Under the pieces are notes generated by a model. The model was not told where the DNA came from. It saw only the letters and a program-made list of their open reading frames with translations, and did no database searches. A program made the translations under genes and the position numbers. DNA of 64,000 nt from assembly GCF_000006765.1 (NCBI RefSeq), contig NC_002516.2; one strand, given 5' to 3'. The DNA is from Pseudomonas aeruginosa PAO1. GTDB taxonomy: Bacteria; Pseudomonadota; Gammaproteobacteria; Pseudomonadales; Pseudomonadaceae. This document shows positions 52,749-62,680 of this stretch, piece after piece; position 1 is the stretch's first letter; every line of letters begins with the position of its first letter.

Positions 52749-54404
52749 TCACTGGGCTGCCCTGGGCGCGCGGCAACTGGCGAAGATGTCCAGCGCCGGC
52801 TGGTACAGCGAAGTCTGTACGTCCAGCAGGCCGAGCACCGAGTGGAACAGGTTGTCATGGCTCAGGTCCTTGTCGTCGCGCTTGCCGTCCAGGCAACTGC
52901 GCTGGATGCCCCAGTTGCCCAGCGCCTGCGGGGCGAACCACATGACCATCGGCACGTGGATCTGCGCCTGGGGCGCGATCGAATAGGGCGCCGCGTGCAG
53001 GTAGACGCCATTCTCGCCCAGCGACTCGCCGTGGTCGGACACGTAGATCATCGCCGTATCGCGCTTGTCGGCATTCCGCTTGAGCAATTCGATCACCTTC
53101 GTCAGGAAGTGGTCGGTATAGAGGATGGTGTTGTCGTAGACGTTCACCAGCTCTTCCTTGCTGCAACTGCCGAGCTGGTTGGTCCGGCATACCGGCTGGA
53201 AGCGCTCCATCTCCTTCGGGTAGCGCTCGTAGTACTCGGGACCGTGGCTGCCATCGGAGTGCAGGACGATGATGGCGTCGTCCTGCAGCCCGTCGATGTA
53301 CTCCTGCAGGCCTACCAGCAGCGACTCGTCCAGGCAGTTCTTGCCGTCGCAGAACGGACTCGGCTGGGTCTTCGGGATGTCCCGGTTGGGCACCCGCAGG
53401 CAGGTGCCCTTGCAGTCGCTGTTGTTCTCCAGCCACAGTACCTGCACGCCGGCACGCTGGAGAATGTCCAGCAGGCCTTCGTGGGTCTTGGCCTTCTTGT
53501 CGCTGTAGTCCTCGCGCGGGTACTGGGAGAACATGCAGGGCACCGAGACCGCGGTGGAAGTGCCGCAGGAACGGACCTGGGTGAAGTTGACGATGTCCTG
53601 CTTGCTCAGCTCCGGGTTGGTCTCGCGGGCGTAGCCGTTCAGCGAGAAATGGTCGGCACGGGCGGTCTCGCCGACCACGAACACCAGCAGCGATTTCTTC
53701 TGTCGCTGCAGCGCAGCCGGCGCCTGGCGGGCGTCCAGGCCGATCGGCTCGACCACCAGGTGCTCCTTGATCACCAGGCGCTGCTTGGCGTACTTGCCCA
53801 CCGCATAGATGTAGTTGGTCGGGTTGATGAAGTGGGTCAGCTTGTCTTCCTCGCGGAAGATCGGGGCGTAGGTGGAATAGAAGCTGCCTACCATTACCGC
53901 GACGATCAGCAGGCAGCCGAGCAGCGTCAGGATCTTGTTCAGCAGGCCGCGGAAGAACGGCCGGTAGCGTACCGGCCAGAGCCAGATCAGCAGCGAAGGC
54001 AGGACACCGAGCAACAGCAGATAGCCGAGCAGGGTCGGGTTGACCAGGTCGCCGGCCTCGGTGGCGTTGGTCTCGAAGACGTTCTGCACCATCACCGTGT
54101 CGATGCTGATGCCGTAGCTGCCCATGAAGTAGGTCGCGCCGGCCGAGCACAGGGCGACCAGGGTCAAGGCCGGCTTGAGCAGCGGGCGGAAGGAAACCAG
54201 GGTCAGCAGGAGCGTGAAGGCGGCCCACAGGAACGCCGCGAACGAGGCGAAGAACGCGAAGCCCTTCAAGCCTTGCAGCGGCACCAGGCCATGCAGGGCC
54301 TTCCAGGTCGCCGCGTTGTAGAACACCACCAGAACCAGCGCGAACAGCATCACCAGCCGGGTCGAACCGATAGCCGGCAAGAAACGCTTGATACCCCCAC
54401 CCAT
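52749..54404 (-). CDS. Phosphoethanolamine transferase, EptA/MCR family (PA3310)
   Basis: Five N-terminal TMs; VVGETARA, SCGTSTAVSVPCMF (catalytic Thr), GSHGPEY, YDNTILYTD, SDHGESLGE, HDN. Confidence 0.92.
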   Translation of the reverse strand: MGGGIKRFLPAIGSTRLVMLFALVLVVFYNAATWKALHGLVPLQGLKGFAFFASFAAFLWAAFTLLLTLVSFRPLLKPALTLVALCSAGATYFMGSYGISIDTVMVQNVFETNATEAGDLVNPTLLGYLLLLGVLPSLLIWLWPVRYRPFFRGLLNKILTLLGCLLIVAVMVGSFYSTYAPIFREEDKLTHFINPTNYIYAVGKYAKQRLVIKEHLVVEPIGLDARQAPAALQRQKKSLLVFVVGETARADHFSLNGYARETNPELSKQDIVNFTQVRSCGTSTAVSVPCMFSQYPREDYSDKKAKTHEGLLDILQRAGVQVLWLENNSDCKGTCLRVPNRDIPKTQPSPFCDGKNCLDESLLVGLQEYIDGLQDDAIIVLHSDGSHGPEYYERYPKEMERFQPVCRTNQLGSCSKEELVNVYDNTILYTDHFLTKVIELLKRNADKRDTAMIYVSDHGESLGENGVYLHAAPYSIAPQAQIHVPMVMWFAPQALGNWGIQRSCLDGKRDDKDLSHDNLFHSVLGLLDVQTSLYQPALDIFASCRAPRAAQ

Positions 54405-54478
54405 TGAAGCAACTCCTGAAACGTAACGGACCGCCGCCACCCCCCGTGGCGGGGCGCCCGAACTCTATCGGGCGCCTG

Positions 54479-54494
54479 GTCAAAATTTCGTGAA
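54479..54494 (-). promoter_or_regulatory. Candidate ColR box
   Basis: Minus strand TTCACGAAATTTTGAC matches 14/16 of the recalled P. putida ColR consensus YYNASNNYTTTTTSAC. Confidence 0.5.
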
Positions 54495-54730
54495 GCCTCG
54501 CGAGCCCTCGCGGGCGCAGCGATCATGCCCGTGGCGATGGAGCCGGAACAAGCTCAGCTATGCCTTTTCTCCCCGGGAAAATGCCGAAACCGGCCGTATG
54601 TCGGCGGCCAGCGACTTCCTTCCATGCCGACCTTGCAGGTGGCTCCCGCTATCTATACTGGAAGCACAATGCCACCCCCAGCCCGCACCCGCGCCGTCCG
54701 CGGGTTTTCCGTGTCCAGGGAGACACCGCT

Positions 54731-56911
54731 ATGGATTGGCAAGGCCTGCGCTTCCTCGGAGAGTCTCCCGTCGACGGCTACGTGCTGCAGAACTGCACCT
54801 ATTCGCCGTCGCTGGTGGCGCTCGCCTTCCTCGTCGCCTGCCTCGCCGGGTACACGGCACTGGACATGGTCGAGAGGGTCGGCAACAGCCTGAGCCACCC
54901 GCGCCTCTGGCAATGGATCGGGGCGTTCTGCCTGGGCAGCGGCATCTGGGCCACGCATTTCGTCGCCATGCTCGCGTTCCACGCGCCGATCGCCCTGCGC
55001 TACGACCTGCCGATCACCGGCCTGTCGCTGCTGATCGCCGTCGCCGCCTCGTACCTGACGATGTACATGACCGCCCGCCCGCGCTTCGGCCTGCTGCCCT
55101 GCCTGCTCGCCGCCTGCTGCATCGGCCTGGGCATCGCTGCCATGCACTACACCGGGATGGCGGCGATGCGCTCGGTGGCCACCCAGTACTACCAGCCATC
55201 GCTGTTCGCCCTTTCGGTACTGATCGCCATCGGCGCCGCCTTCACCGCCCTCGCCGCGGTCCCCTACCTGCGCGGCCGGCGCAGCGCGCGCTACCGCTAC
55301 ATGAAACTGATCGCCAGCCTGCTGCTGGCCGGCGCCATCGCCGCCATGCATTTCACCGGGATGGCCGCGCTGGTGCTCAGCGTACCCGCCGGCACGCCGC
55401 TGGAACTGCAAGCCAGCGCCGACTCGCTGCGCCTGGGCTGGCTCACCGGAGTGCTCGCCAGCGCCATCGCCGCCTGCGGCATCTGGGCCGCATGGTCGGA
55501 GAAACAACGGGAGCGCCGGCTCAGCGAAAACAGCCGGGTCAACGCCCTGCTCAACCAGCTCGACCACGCCCACGCCTCGCTGCGCCAGATGGCTCGCTAC
55601 GACAGCCTGACCGGCCTGCAGAACCGCACGGCATTCAACGAAGTGTTCGTCCAGCACCTGGAGAATTGTCGCCTGAGAGGCAAGGGCCTGGCGGTGATGT
55701 TCCTCGACCTCGATCACTTCAAGCGGATCAACGATTCCCTCGGCCACGACTCTGGCGACCAACTGCTGAAGATCGTCTCCGAACGCATCCGCAGCGTGTT
55801 GCGCGATAGCGACGTGGTGGCGCGCTTCGCCGGCGACGAGTTCTGCGTGCTCGCCGACCTCACCCAGGACCACGAGGCGCACATCCTCTCGCAACGCCTG
55901 ATGCAGAAGATGAAGGAACCCATCGCCCTGGACGGGCGCACCCTGGTGATGACCGCCAGTGTCGGCGTCAGCCTCTACCCGAACGACGGCGAGCAGTGCG
56001 AGGAGCTGCTGAAGAACGCCGGCCTGGCCCTGCACCAGTCCAAGGCCTGCGGGCGCAACAACGCGCAGTTCTTCAGCCGGCAACTGCTGGTGCGGGCGAC
56101 CCAGGAACTGCAGATGGAGGAGGAACTGCGCCAGGCCCTGCGCGACGACCAACTGGAGCTGCACTACCAGCCGATCCTCGCCCTCGCCGACGGCGAGGTA
56201 CACCAGTTGGAAGCATTGGTGCGCTGGCGCCATCCGACCCAGGGCCTGCTCGGTCCGGACCGCTTCATCGGCCTGGCCGAAGCCAACGGCATGATCGACC
56301 AGCTCGACGACTGGGTGCTGCGACGCGCCTGCCGCGACCTGCGCAGCCTGCACCTGGCCGGCCACGAACGGCTGCGGGTGGCGGTCAACTGCTGCGCCAG
56401 CAATCTCGGCCGGGCCAGCCTGGTCGACGAAGTCCGTCATGCGCTGGAGCAGGCCGGGCTGGCGGCGTGCTTCCTCGAACTGGAGGTGACCGAGGACGCG
56501 CTGATGTACAACATCGACCAGACCATCCCGCTGCTCGAACGCCTCCGCGAGCTGGGCGTCAGCCTGTCGATCGACGACTTCGGCACCGGCTATTCGTCGC
56601 TCGCCTACCTGCGGCGCCTGCCGCTGGACGCGCTGAAGGTGGATCGCTCGTTCATCATGGACATCCCCGCCTCGCAGCGGGACATGGAAATCGCCCAGGC
56701 GATCATCGCGATGGCCCAGAAGCTCCATCTGAAAGTCGTCGCCGAGGGCGTGGAGACTCCGCAGCAACTGGCGTTCCTGCGGGAGAACCATTGCGAGCTG
56801 GTGCAGGGCTACCTGTTCAGCCGGCCGCTGCCGCTGGCGGCCCTGGAAGAGTTCCTCCGCGCCTACCGCTTCGACGCCGCGCCGCCGCTGCGCAGCCTGA
56901 ACCAGGCCTGA
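54731..56911 (+). CDS. nbdA: NbdA, MHYT-GGDEF-EAL c-di-GMP phosphodiesterase (PA3311); the ORF can be extended to 54560
   Basis: THF/MHYT/MHFT repeats, degenerate AGDEF, intact EAL, ELEVTE, DDFGTGYSS. Confidence 0.92.
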   Translation: MDWQGLRFLGESPVDGYVLQNCTYSPSLVALAFLVACLAGYTALDMVERVGNSLSHPRLWQWIGAFCLGSGIWATHFVAMLAFHAPIALRYDLPITGLSLLIAVAASYLTMYMTARPRFGLLPCLLAACCIGLGIAAMHYTGMAAMRSVATQYYQPSLFALSVLIAIGAAFTALAAVPYLRGRRSARYRYMKLIASLLLAGAIAAMHFTGMAALVLSVPAGTPLELQASADSLRLGWLTGVLASAIAACGIWAAWSEKQRERRLSENSRVNALLNQLDHAHASLRQMARYDSLTGLQNRTAFNEVFVQHLENCRLRGKGLAVMFLDLDHFKRINDSLGHDSGDQLLKIVSERIRSVLRDSDVVARFAGDEFCVLADLTQDHEAHILSQRLMQKMKEPIALDGRTLVMTASVGVSLYPNDGEQCEELLKNAGLALHQSKACGRNNAQFFSRQLLVRATQELQMEEELRQALRDDQLELHYQPILALADGEVHQLEALVRWRHPTQGLLGPDRFIGLAEANGMIDQLDDWVLRRACRDLRSLHLAGHERLRVAVNCCASNLGRASLVDEVRHALEQAGLAACFLELEVTEDALMYNIDQTIPLLERLRELGVSLSIDDFGTGYSSLAYLRRLPLDALKVDRSFIMDIPASQRDMEIAQAIIAMAQKLHLKVVAEGVETPQQLAFLRENHCELVQGYLFSRPLPLAALEEFLRAYRFDAAPPLRSLNQA

Positions 56912-56914
56912 GGT

Positions 56915-57805
56915 TCACTCGACGGCGGTCCGGTATTGCTCCACCAGGGTCGCCGGATCGCGTTCGAGATAGCCCTGGCTGCCGTGCAGACGCATCAACT
57001 GCGCGGCCAACCCGCTCATCGGGGTGGCCGCGCCTTGCTCGCGGGACAGCTTCACCGCGGTATCGAGATCCTTGAGCAGGGTCCGTACGTGCCACTTGAC
57101 CGGCTCGTAACGGCTCTCGGCCATTTGCGGGGCGAGGATCTGCAACGGCTTCGAGTCGGCGAAGCCGCCCGCCAGCGCCGGAGCGACCAGGCTGGCGTCG
57201 ACCCCGGCCCGCTCCGCCAGCGCCACCACTTCGGCGATCACCAGGGCGTTGCAGGCAACGATCATCTGGTTGCAGACCTTGGTCACCTGCCCGGCGCCCA
57301 CCTCGCCCATGCGCGTCAGGCGCTGGCCAAGCCGGGAGAGGACCGGCCGCAGGCGTTCGATATCCGCTGCGCGTCCGCCGGCCATGATCGCCAGGCTGCC
57401 GCTTTCCGCGCCCGGCGTGCCGCCGGAGACCGGCGCGTCGACCCAGCGCACGCCGCAGCGCGCCTCCAGCTCGGCGGCCATCTCGCGGGTGGCGGCCGGC
57501 TCGGCGCTGGAGAAGTCCACCAGCAACTGCCCGGGCCTGGCGTTCTCGACGATGCCGCCGGCGCCGAACACCACTTCGCGCACCGCCGCGGTATCGGCCA
57601 GGCAAAGCATCAGGATTTCCGCGTCGGCGGCCAGCTCGGCCGGGACCTCGACGGCTTTCGCGCCCTCGGCCGCGAGCAACTCGCGTTTGCCCGGCGAACG
57701 GTTCCACACCGCCAGCGGATAGCCGGCGGCCAGCAGCCGGCGGCACATGGGCACGCCCATCAGGCCGAGACCGGCGAAGGCAAGGGAAGGCAGGGAAGCG
57801 GACAT
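56915..57805 (-). CDS. 3-hydroxyisobutyrate dehydrogenase-family oxidoreductase (PA3312)
   Basis: GLGLMG, WNRS, DAPVSGG, GQVTKVCNQ. Confidence 0.9.
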   Translation of the reverse strand: MSASLPSLAFAGLGLMGVPMCRRLLAAGYPLAVWNRSPGKRELLAAEGAKAVEVPAELAADAEILMLCLADTAAVREVVFGAGGIVENARPGQLLVDFSSAEPAATREMAAELEARCGVRWVDAPVSGGTPGAESGSLAIMAGGRAADIERLRPVLSRLGQRLTRMGEVGAGQVTKVCNQMIVACNALVIAEVVALAERAGVDASLVAPALAGGFADSKPLQILAPQMAESRYEPVKWHVRTLLKDLDTAVKLSREQGAATPMSGLAAQLMRLHGSQGYLERDPATLVEQYRTAVE

Positions 57806-57953
57806 GGCGAACTCCAATACGCAGCGAATGGGCACGGGGAGCGCCATATTACCCGCGAGGCGCCGGCGAGCAACGCCGCGACGGCTGCCCAAGCGGGCCG
57901 CGCACCACTATACTCCCCGGGTTTTTTCCGCCATTGAACCGGAGAACTCTCCC

Positions 57954-58811
57954 ATGTTGAAACGCTCCCTGGCGCTCGCCGCCGGCATCGCCCTGTCCCT
58001 GTCCGCCGCGCTCGCCCACGCCGAAACCCTGAAAGAACTCAAGGTCTCGGCGATCCCCGACGAGGCGCCCACCGAGCTACTGCGCAAATTCAAGCCGCTC
58101 GGCGCCTATCTGGAGAAGCAACTCGGCATGCCGGTGAAGTTCGTCCCGGTGGCCGACTACGCCGGGGTGGTCGAGGCGCTGGCCGCCGACCGCCTGGACA
58201 TGGCCTGGCTGGGCGGCTTCACCTTCGTCCAGGCGCGGCTGAAGACCGGCAACGCCATTCCCCTGGTGCAGCGCGAGCAGGACCAGCAGTTCACCAGCAA
58301 ATTCATCACGGCCGATCCCCAGGTGAAATCCCTGCAGGACCTGAAGGGCAAGACCTTCGCCTTCGGCTCGGTCTCCTCCACCTCGGGCAGCCTGATGCCG
58401 CGCTACTTCATGCAGAAGGACGGCATCGTCCCCGAGCAGTTCTTCTCCCGCGTCGCCTACTCCGGCGCCCACGACGCCACCGTAGCCTGGGTCCAGGCCG
58501 GCAAGGTCGACGCCGGCGTGCTGAACGCCTCGGTCTGGCAGAAGCTGGTGGACAGCGGCAAGGTCGATACCGCCAAGGTCAAGGTCTTCGCCACCACGCC
58601 GACCTACTACGACTACAACTGGACCGTGCGCGGCAACCTCGACCCGGCCCTGGCCGAGAAGATCAAGCAGGCCTTCCTCGCCCTCGACCCGGCGAAACCG
58701 GCCGACAAGGAGATCCTCGACCTGCAGGCCGCCAGCCGCTTCATCGAGACCAATCCGGACAACTACAAGGGCATCGAGGAGTCCGCACGCGCCGCCGGCC
58801 TGCTGAAGTGA
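57954..58811 (+). CDS. PhnD-like ABC substrate-binding protein (putative selenate/oxyanion type; PA3313)
   Basis: Signal peptide; [36 protein letters not shown]. Confidence 0.8.
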   Translation: MLKRSLALAAGIALSLSAALAHAETLKELKVSAIPDEAPTELLRKFKPLGAYLEKQLGMPVKFVPVADYAGVVEALAADRLDMAWLGGFTFVQARLKTGNAIPLVQREQDQQFTSKFITADPQVKSLQDLKGKTFAFGSVSSTSGSLMPRYFMQKDGIVPEQFFSRVAYSGAHDATVAWVQAGKVDAGVLNASVWQKLVDSGKVDTAKVKVFATTPTYYDYNWTVRGNLDPALAEKIKQAFLALDPAKPADKEILDLQAASRFIETNPDNYKGIEESARAAGLLK

Positions 58812-59611
58812 GCCTGAGCCTCGACGGCGTGGACCTGGTCCACGCCGACGGCCAACGCGCCCTTGCCGACATCCGCCTGCGCCTGGCCGCTGGCGAACGG
58901 GTAGCCCTGATCGGACCTTCCGGCGCCGGCAAGACCAGCCTGCTGCGGGTGCTCGCCAGCCAATGGCGGCCCAGCGCCGGCCGTGTCGAACTGCTCGGCG
59001 AGGAGCCCTGGGCGCTATCCGCCGCCGCCCGCCAACGCCTGCGCGCGCGCATCGGCCTGGTCCACCAGGCACCACCGCTGCCGCCACGGCAGCGGGTGGT
59101 CAGCGCGGTACTGGCCGGGCGCCTCGGTCAGTGGCCGCTATGGAAGAGCCTGGTCAGCCTGGTCTATCCGCTGGACCGCGCCGGCGCCCACGACGCACTG
59201 CAACGCCTGGATCTCGGCGACAAGCTGTTCCAGCGCTGCGACCAGCTTTCCGGCGGCCAGTTGCAGCGGGTCGGCATCGCCCGGGTGCTCTACCAGCGCG
59301 CCGAGCTGATCCTCGCCGACGAACCGGTCTCGGCCATGGACCCGGTGCTCGCCGGCCATACCCTGGCCCTGCTCAACCGCGAGGCCGCCGCGCGCGGCAG
59401 CACCCTGCTGGCCAGCCTGCACGCGGTGGACCTGGCGCTGCAACACTTCCCCCGGGTGATCGGACTGCGCGCCGGACGCATCGCCTTCGACCTGCCCGCC
59501 GGCGAAGTCGACCGCGCCGCGCTGGACGCCCTCTACGCCAACGAACAACTGCAGGCCGAGCGCGCCAGCCCGGCCGGCGAACCCGCCGTGATGCACATCC
59601 CACGATGCTGA
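58808..59611 (+). CDS. PhnC-like ABC ATPase (PA3314)
   Basis: [19 protein letters not shown]; GTGA overlap with the binding-protein gene. Confidence 0.9.
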   Translation: MSLSLDGVDLVHADGQRALADIRLRLAAGERVALIGPSGAGKTSLLRVLASQWRPSAGRVELLGEEPWALSAAARQRLRARIGLVHQAPPLPPRQRVVSAVLAGRLGQWPLWKSLVSLVYPLDRAGAHDALQRLDLGDKLFQRCDQLSGGQLQRVGIARVLYQRAELILADEPVSAMDPVLAGHTLALLNREAAARGSTLLASLHAVDLALQHFPRVIGLRAGRIAFDLPAGEVDRAALDALYANEQLQAERASPAGEPAVMHIPRC

Positions 59612-60438
59612 ACGCCGCTTCTCCGCCGCGCGACCCCGCCGCCCTGCCGCGCCTGCTGCTGACCCTGGCCGCGTTGCTGCTGCTCTGGCCGGGGCTGCGC
59701 CTCAGCGAACTGGATATCCCCGGCCTGTTCAGCGGCGACAACGCGCGCACCATGGGCGGTTTCCTCGCCGGCTTCTGGCCGCCGGCACACGATCCCGGGT
59801 TCCTCGCCCTGCTCGGCCGCGCCACCCTGGAAACCCTCGCCATCGCCACCGCCGGCATGGCCCTGGCCTGGCTCCTGGCGTTTCCCGCCGCACTGCTGGC
59901 GACCCGCGCCCTGTCGCTTTCGGCACTGCCGCGCGGCGGCCTGCCGGCCTGGTGGGCACGGGCACTGCGCTGGCCGGTGCGCGGCCTGCTGATCCTCCTG
60001 CGCAGCGTGCCGGAAATCGTCTGGGCGCTGCTGTTCGTCCGCGCCGTGGGCCTGGGGCCCACCGCCGGGGTGTTGGCCATCGCCATCACCTATGCCGGCA
60101 TGCTCGGCAAGGTCTACGCGGAAATCTTCGAGTCGGTGGATCCGCGCCCCACCCGCGCCCTGCTGCTGGGCGGCGGATCGCGGCTGGCGGCGTTCGCCTA
60201 CGGGGTGCTGCCGAACGCCGCCGGGGAAATGATTTCCTACACTGTCTATCGCTGGGAGTGCGCGATCCGTGCTTCGGTGGTGATGGGCTTCGTCGGCGCC
60301 GGCGGCCTCGGCCAGCAGATCGACCTGTCGCTGCGGATGTTCGCCGGCGGCGAGGTTGCCAGCATCCTGCTGACCTTCCTCCTGCTGGTCCTCCTCGCCG
60401 ACCTGCTGAGCCGCTTCCTGCGCGGGAGGCTGGCATGA
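59605..60438 (+). CDS. PhnE-like ABC permease (PA3315)
   Basis: [33 protein letters not shown]. Confidence 0.88.
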   Translation: MLNAASPPRDPAALPRLLLTLAALLLLWPGLRLSELDIPGLFSGDNARTMGGFLAGFWPPAHDPGFLALLGRATLETLAIATAGMALAWLLAFPAALLATRALSLSALPRGGLPAWWARALRWPVRGLLILLRSVPEIVWALLFVRAVGLGPTAGVLAIAITYAGMLGKVYAEIFESVDPRPTRALLLGGGSRLAAFAYGVLPNAAGEMISYTVYRWECAIRASVVMGFVGAGGLGQQIDLSLRMFAGGEVASILLTFLLLVLLADLLSRFLRGRLA

Positions 60439-61205
60439 GCCGGACCTGGCGCCTGCTGCTCTGGCCGCTGCTGGTGGTGGCCGCGGTGGGCGCCTCGTTC
60501 GCCTATCTGGACATGGACACCGCAGGTCTTTTCAGCGGCAAGGGACTGGGCCAGATGGCCGCCTACGCCAGCGAGTTCTTCCCGCCCGACCTGTCCGCTC
60601 CGCACCTGCGGGCGATTGGCCGGGGGCTGCTGGAAACCCTGGCCATGTCGGCCATCGGCACCCTGCTGGCGGCGCTGCTCGGCCTGCTCTTCGCGCTGCC
60701 GGCGGCAGGTCGCTTCGGCGTGCCGGCGCAGAGCCTGGCGCGACTCCTGCTCAATGCGCTGCGCGCGGTGCCGGAGCTGGTCTGGGGCGCGCTGATGGTG
60801 CTGGCGGCCGGGCTCGGGCAGAACGCCGGGACCCTCGCCCTGGCGCTGCACACCGGCGGCGTGCTCGGCCGGCTGTTCGCCGAAGCCCTGGAGAACACCC
60901 CGGCGCAGCCCGCCGAGGCCTTGCGCCTGGCCGGCAGCGGACGCCTCGCGGCATTCGCCTATGGCACCCTGCCGGGGGTCTGGCCGCAACTGGTGGCCTA
61001 TACCCTGTACCGCTGGGAGAACAATATCCGCATGGCCAGCGTGCTCGGCTTCGTCGGTGCCGGCGGGCTCGGGCAGATGCTCTATTTCAGCCTGAGCCTG
61101 TTCCAGCAGGCCCAGGCCGCCACGGTGATCCTGGCCATGCTGGTCCTGGTGCTCGGGGTCGACAGCCTGAGCGCCTGGGCGCGGCAGCGCTGGGTCAGCC
61201 AATAG
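60435..61205 (+). CDS. Second PhnE-like ABC permease (PA3316)
   Basis: RAVPELVW, GVLGRLFAE, YRWENNIR; ATGA overlap with the first permease gene. Confidence 0.88.
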   Translation: MSRTWRLLLWPLLVVAAVGASFAYLDMDTAGLFSGKGLGQMAAYASEFFPPDLSAPHLRAIGRGLLETLAMSAIGTLLAALLGLLFALPAAGRFGVPAQSLARLLLNALRAVPELVWGALMVLAAGLGQNAGTLALALHTGGVLGRLFAEALENTPAQPAEALRLAGSGRLAAFAYGTLPGVWPQLVAYTLYRWENNIRMASVLGFVGAGGLGQMLYFSLSLFQQAQAATVILAMLVLVLGVDSLSAWARQRWVSQ

Positions 61206-61328
61206 GAAGACGCGCCGCCGCGCCCGTTCGAGGAAATTTACGAAGCCCGCCGAAGATCGGGCATCATCGGTGCTCGGAGCCATCAGGGAGGCACCCCGCC
61301 TCCAGGTGTCCAGGGAGAGGAAGGAACC

Positions 61329-62057
61329 ATGCGCAAACCACTGCTATCCGCATTACTGCTGGGCCTGCTGGCCCTCGGCGGCTGCAGCCTGCCCCAACAG
61401 CAGGCCGGCGCGCCGACCGAGCAGCGGCTCGGCACCCAATGGGGCGAAGGCGTCGCCTCGCCGGTCACCTCGGTGGCCCTGCGACGTCTATCGGAGCAAC
61501 CGGTCGATCGCCGCCAGGTGTTCTACAGCGCGAGCCGCTTCGATGGACGTGCCATCAAGGAACTGCCCCTGGCCAAGGGCAGGGTGGGCTTCGCCGTACT
61601 CGACGAGGATGGCGGCAAGTTCGACCTCGTGCAGCACCGCAGCACCCTGCAATTGCAGGGTCGTGAAGGCCAGCGCTACCGACTGTGGCTGAACAACCTC
61701 GGCAGCGCGACCTACGAGGTGGTCGCCACGGTAGACGGCCTGGACGTGCTCAACGGCCAGCCGGGCAGCCTGAAGAACCGCGGCTATGTGCTGGAACCGG
61801 GCGAGAGCCTGGTGATCGAGGGCTTCCGCAAGAACGAACGGGAAGTCGCGGCGTTCCGCTTCGCCAGCCCCGACGATGCCTACGCCAGCAACAGCGCGGC
61901 CGGCGACAGCCGCAACCTCGGCGTGATCGGCGTGGCCCTGTTCGAGCTGGACGCTCCGGCCAGCGGTCGCGAGGCGCCGGCCGACGGACCGCAGGCATTT
62001 CCCGCCGACGCCCGGAACGGCGGCGGCTACGCGCCGCCACCACGCTATCGCGACTGA
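61329..62057 (+). CDS. Conserved hypothetical lipoprotein (PA3317-like)
   Basis: Lipobox LGGC; VDGLDV..G...RGYVL...GFRK...AFRF...GVIGVALF. Confidence 0.75.
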   Translation: MRKPLLSALLLGLLALGGCSLPQQQAGAPTEQRLGTQWGEGVASPVTSVALRRLSEQPVDRRQVFYSASRFDGRAIKELPLAKGRVGFAVLDEDGGKFDLVQHRSTLQLQGREGQRYRLWLNNLGSATYEVVATVDGLDVLNGQPGSLKNRGYVLEPGESLVIEGFRKNEREVAAFRFASPDDAYASNSAAGDSRNLGVIGVALFELDAPASGREAPADGPQAFPADARNGGGYAPPPRYRD

Positions 62058-62122
62058 GGCATCTTCACGAAAACTGCGCGGCGGCGTTCCTTCATAAGCA
62101 ATCCATCTCACAGGAGCCGCCG

Positions 62123-62623
62123 ATGAACCGCTTTTCACTGCCCCGCCCCGACGCACGCCAGTGCGTCGCCGGCCTGGGTTTCTCCGCCCTTCTGCTGCTG
62201 GCCTCCTCGGCCAACGCCGCCGCCTGCCGCGACATCACCAGCGTGCAGCAAAGCGCCGACGCCACGCGCAATACCTCGATGGGCGGCCACGTGACCCAGC
62301 ACATCTACGGGATGACGCCGCCGTCCGGCTCGTCGCAGAAAGACAAGACCCTGTTCAAGTCGAGAGGCAACTACGACGCGGCCTGGCGCCAGTACGGATA
62401 CATCGACAATCCGGTGGCCTGCAGCGGCAACAGCAAGTTCCAGGTGGTTTCCCTGGAGAAGCTGCACATGGGCAAGATCGATGCCTACTCCTGCAAGCAG
62501 GCCGACGGCCAGGGCGCCTGCACGCGCTGGGATACGTACATGGCCAAGGAGATTTCGTACGGTTTCGTCCTGAAGGACGGCAAGTGGATCCTCAATACCC
62601 TCTACCCGGTTCCCCTCGACTAG
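62123..62623 (+). CDS. Secreted hypothetical protein with a GGH-x3-H motif (PA3318-like)
   Basis: AGGAG RBS; signal peptide ending ANA; four Cys in the mature part. Confidence 0.75.
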   Translation: MNRFSLPRPDARQCVAGLGFSALLLLASSANAAACRDITSVQQSADATRNTSMGGHVTQHIYGMTPPSGSSQKDKTLFKSRGNYDAAWRQYGYIDNPVACSGNSKFQVVSLEKLHMGKIDAYSCKQADGQGACTRWDTYMAKEISYGFVLKDGKWILNTLYPVPLD

Positions 62624-62680
62624 GGCGCAGGCCGTCCGCGCCGGCCGCCCCATTGCAGGGAGCCGGCGCGGCCGTCCGGG

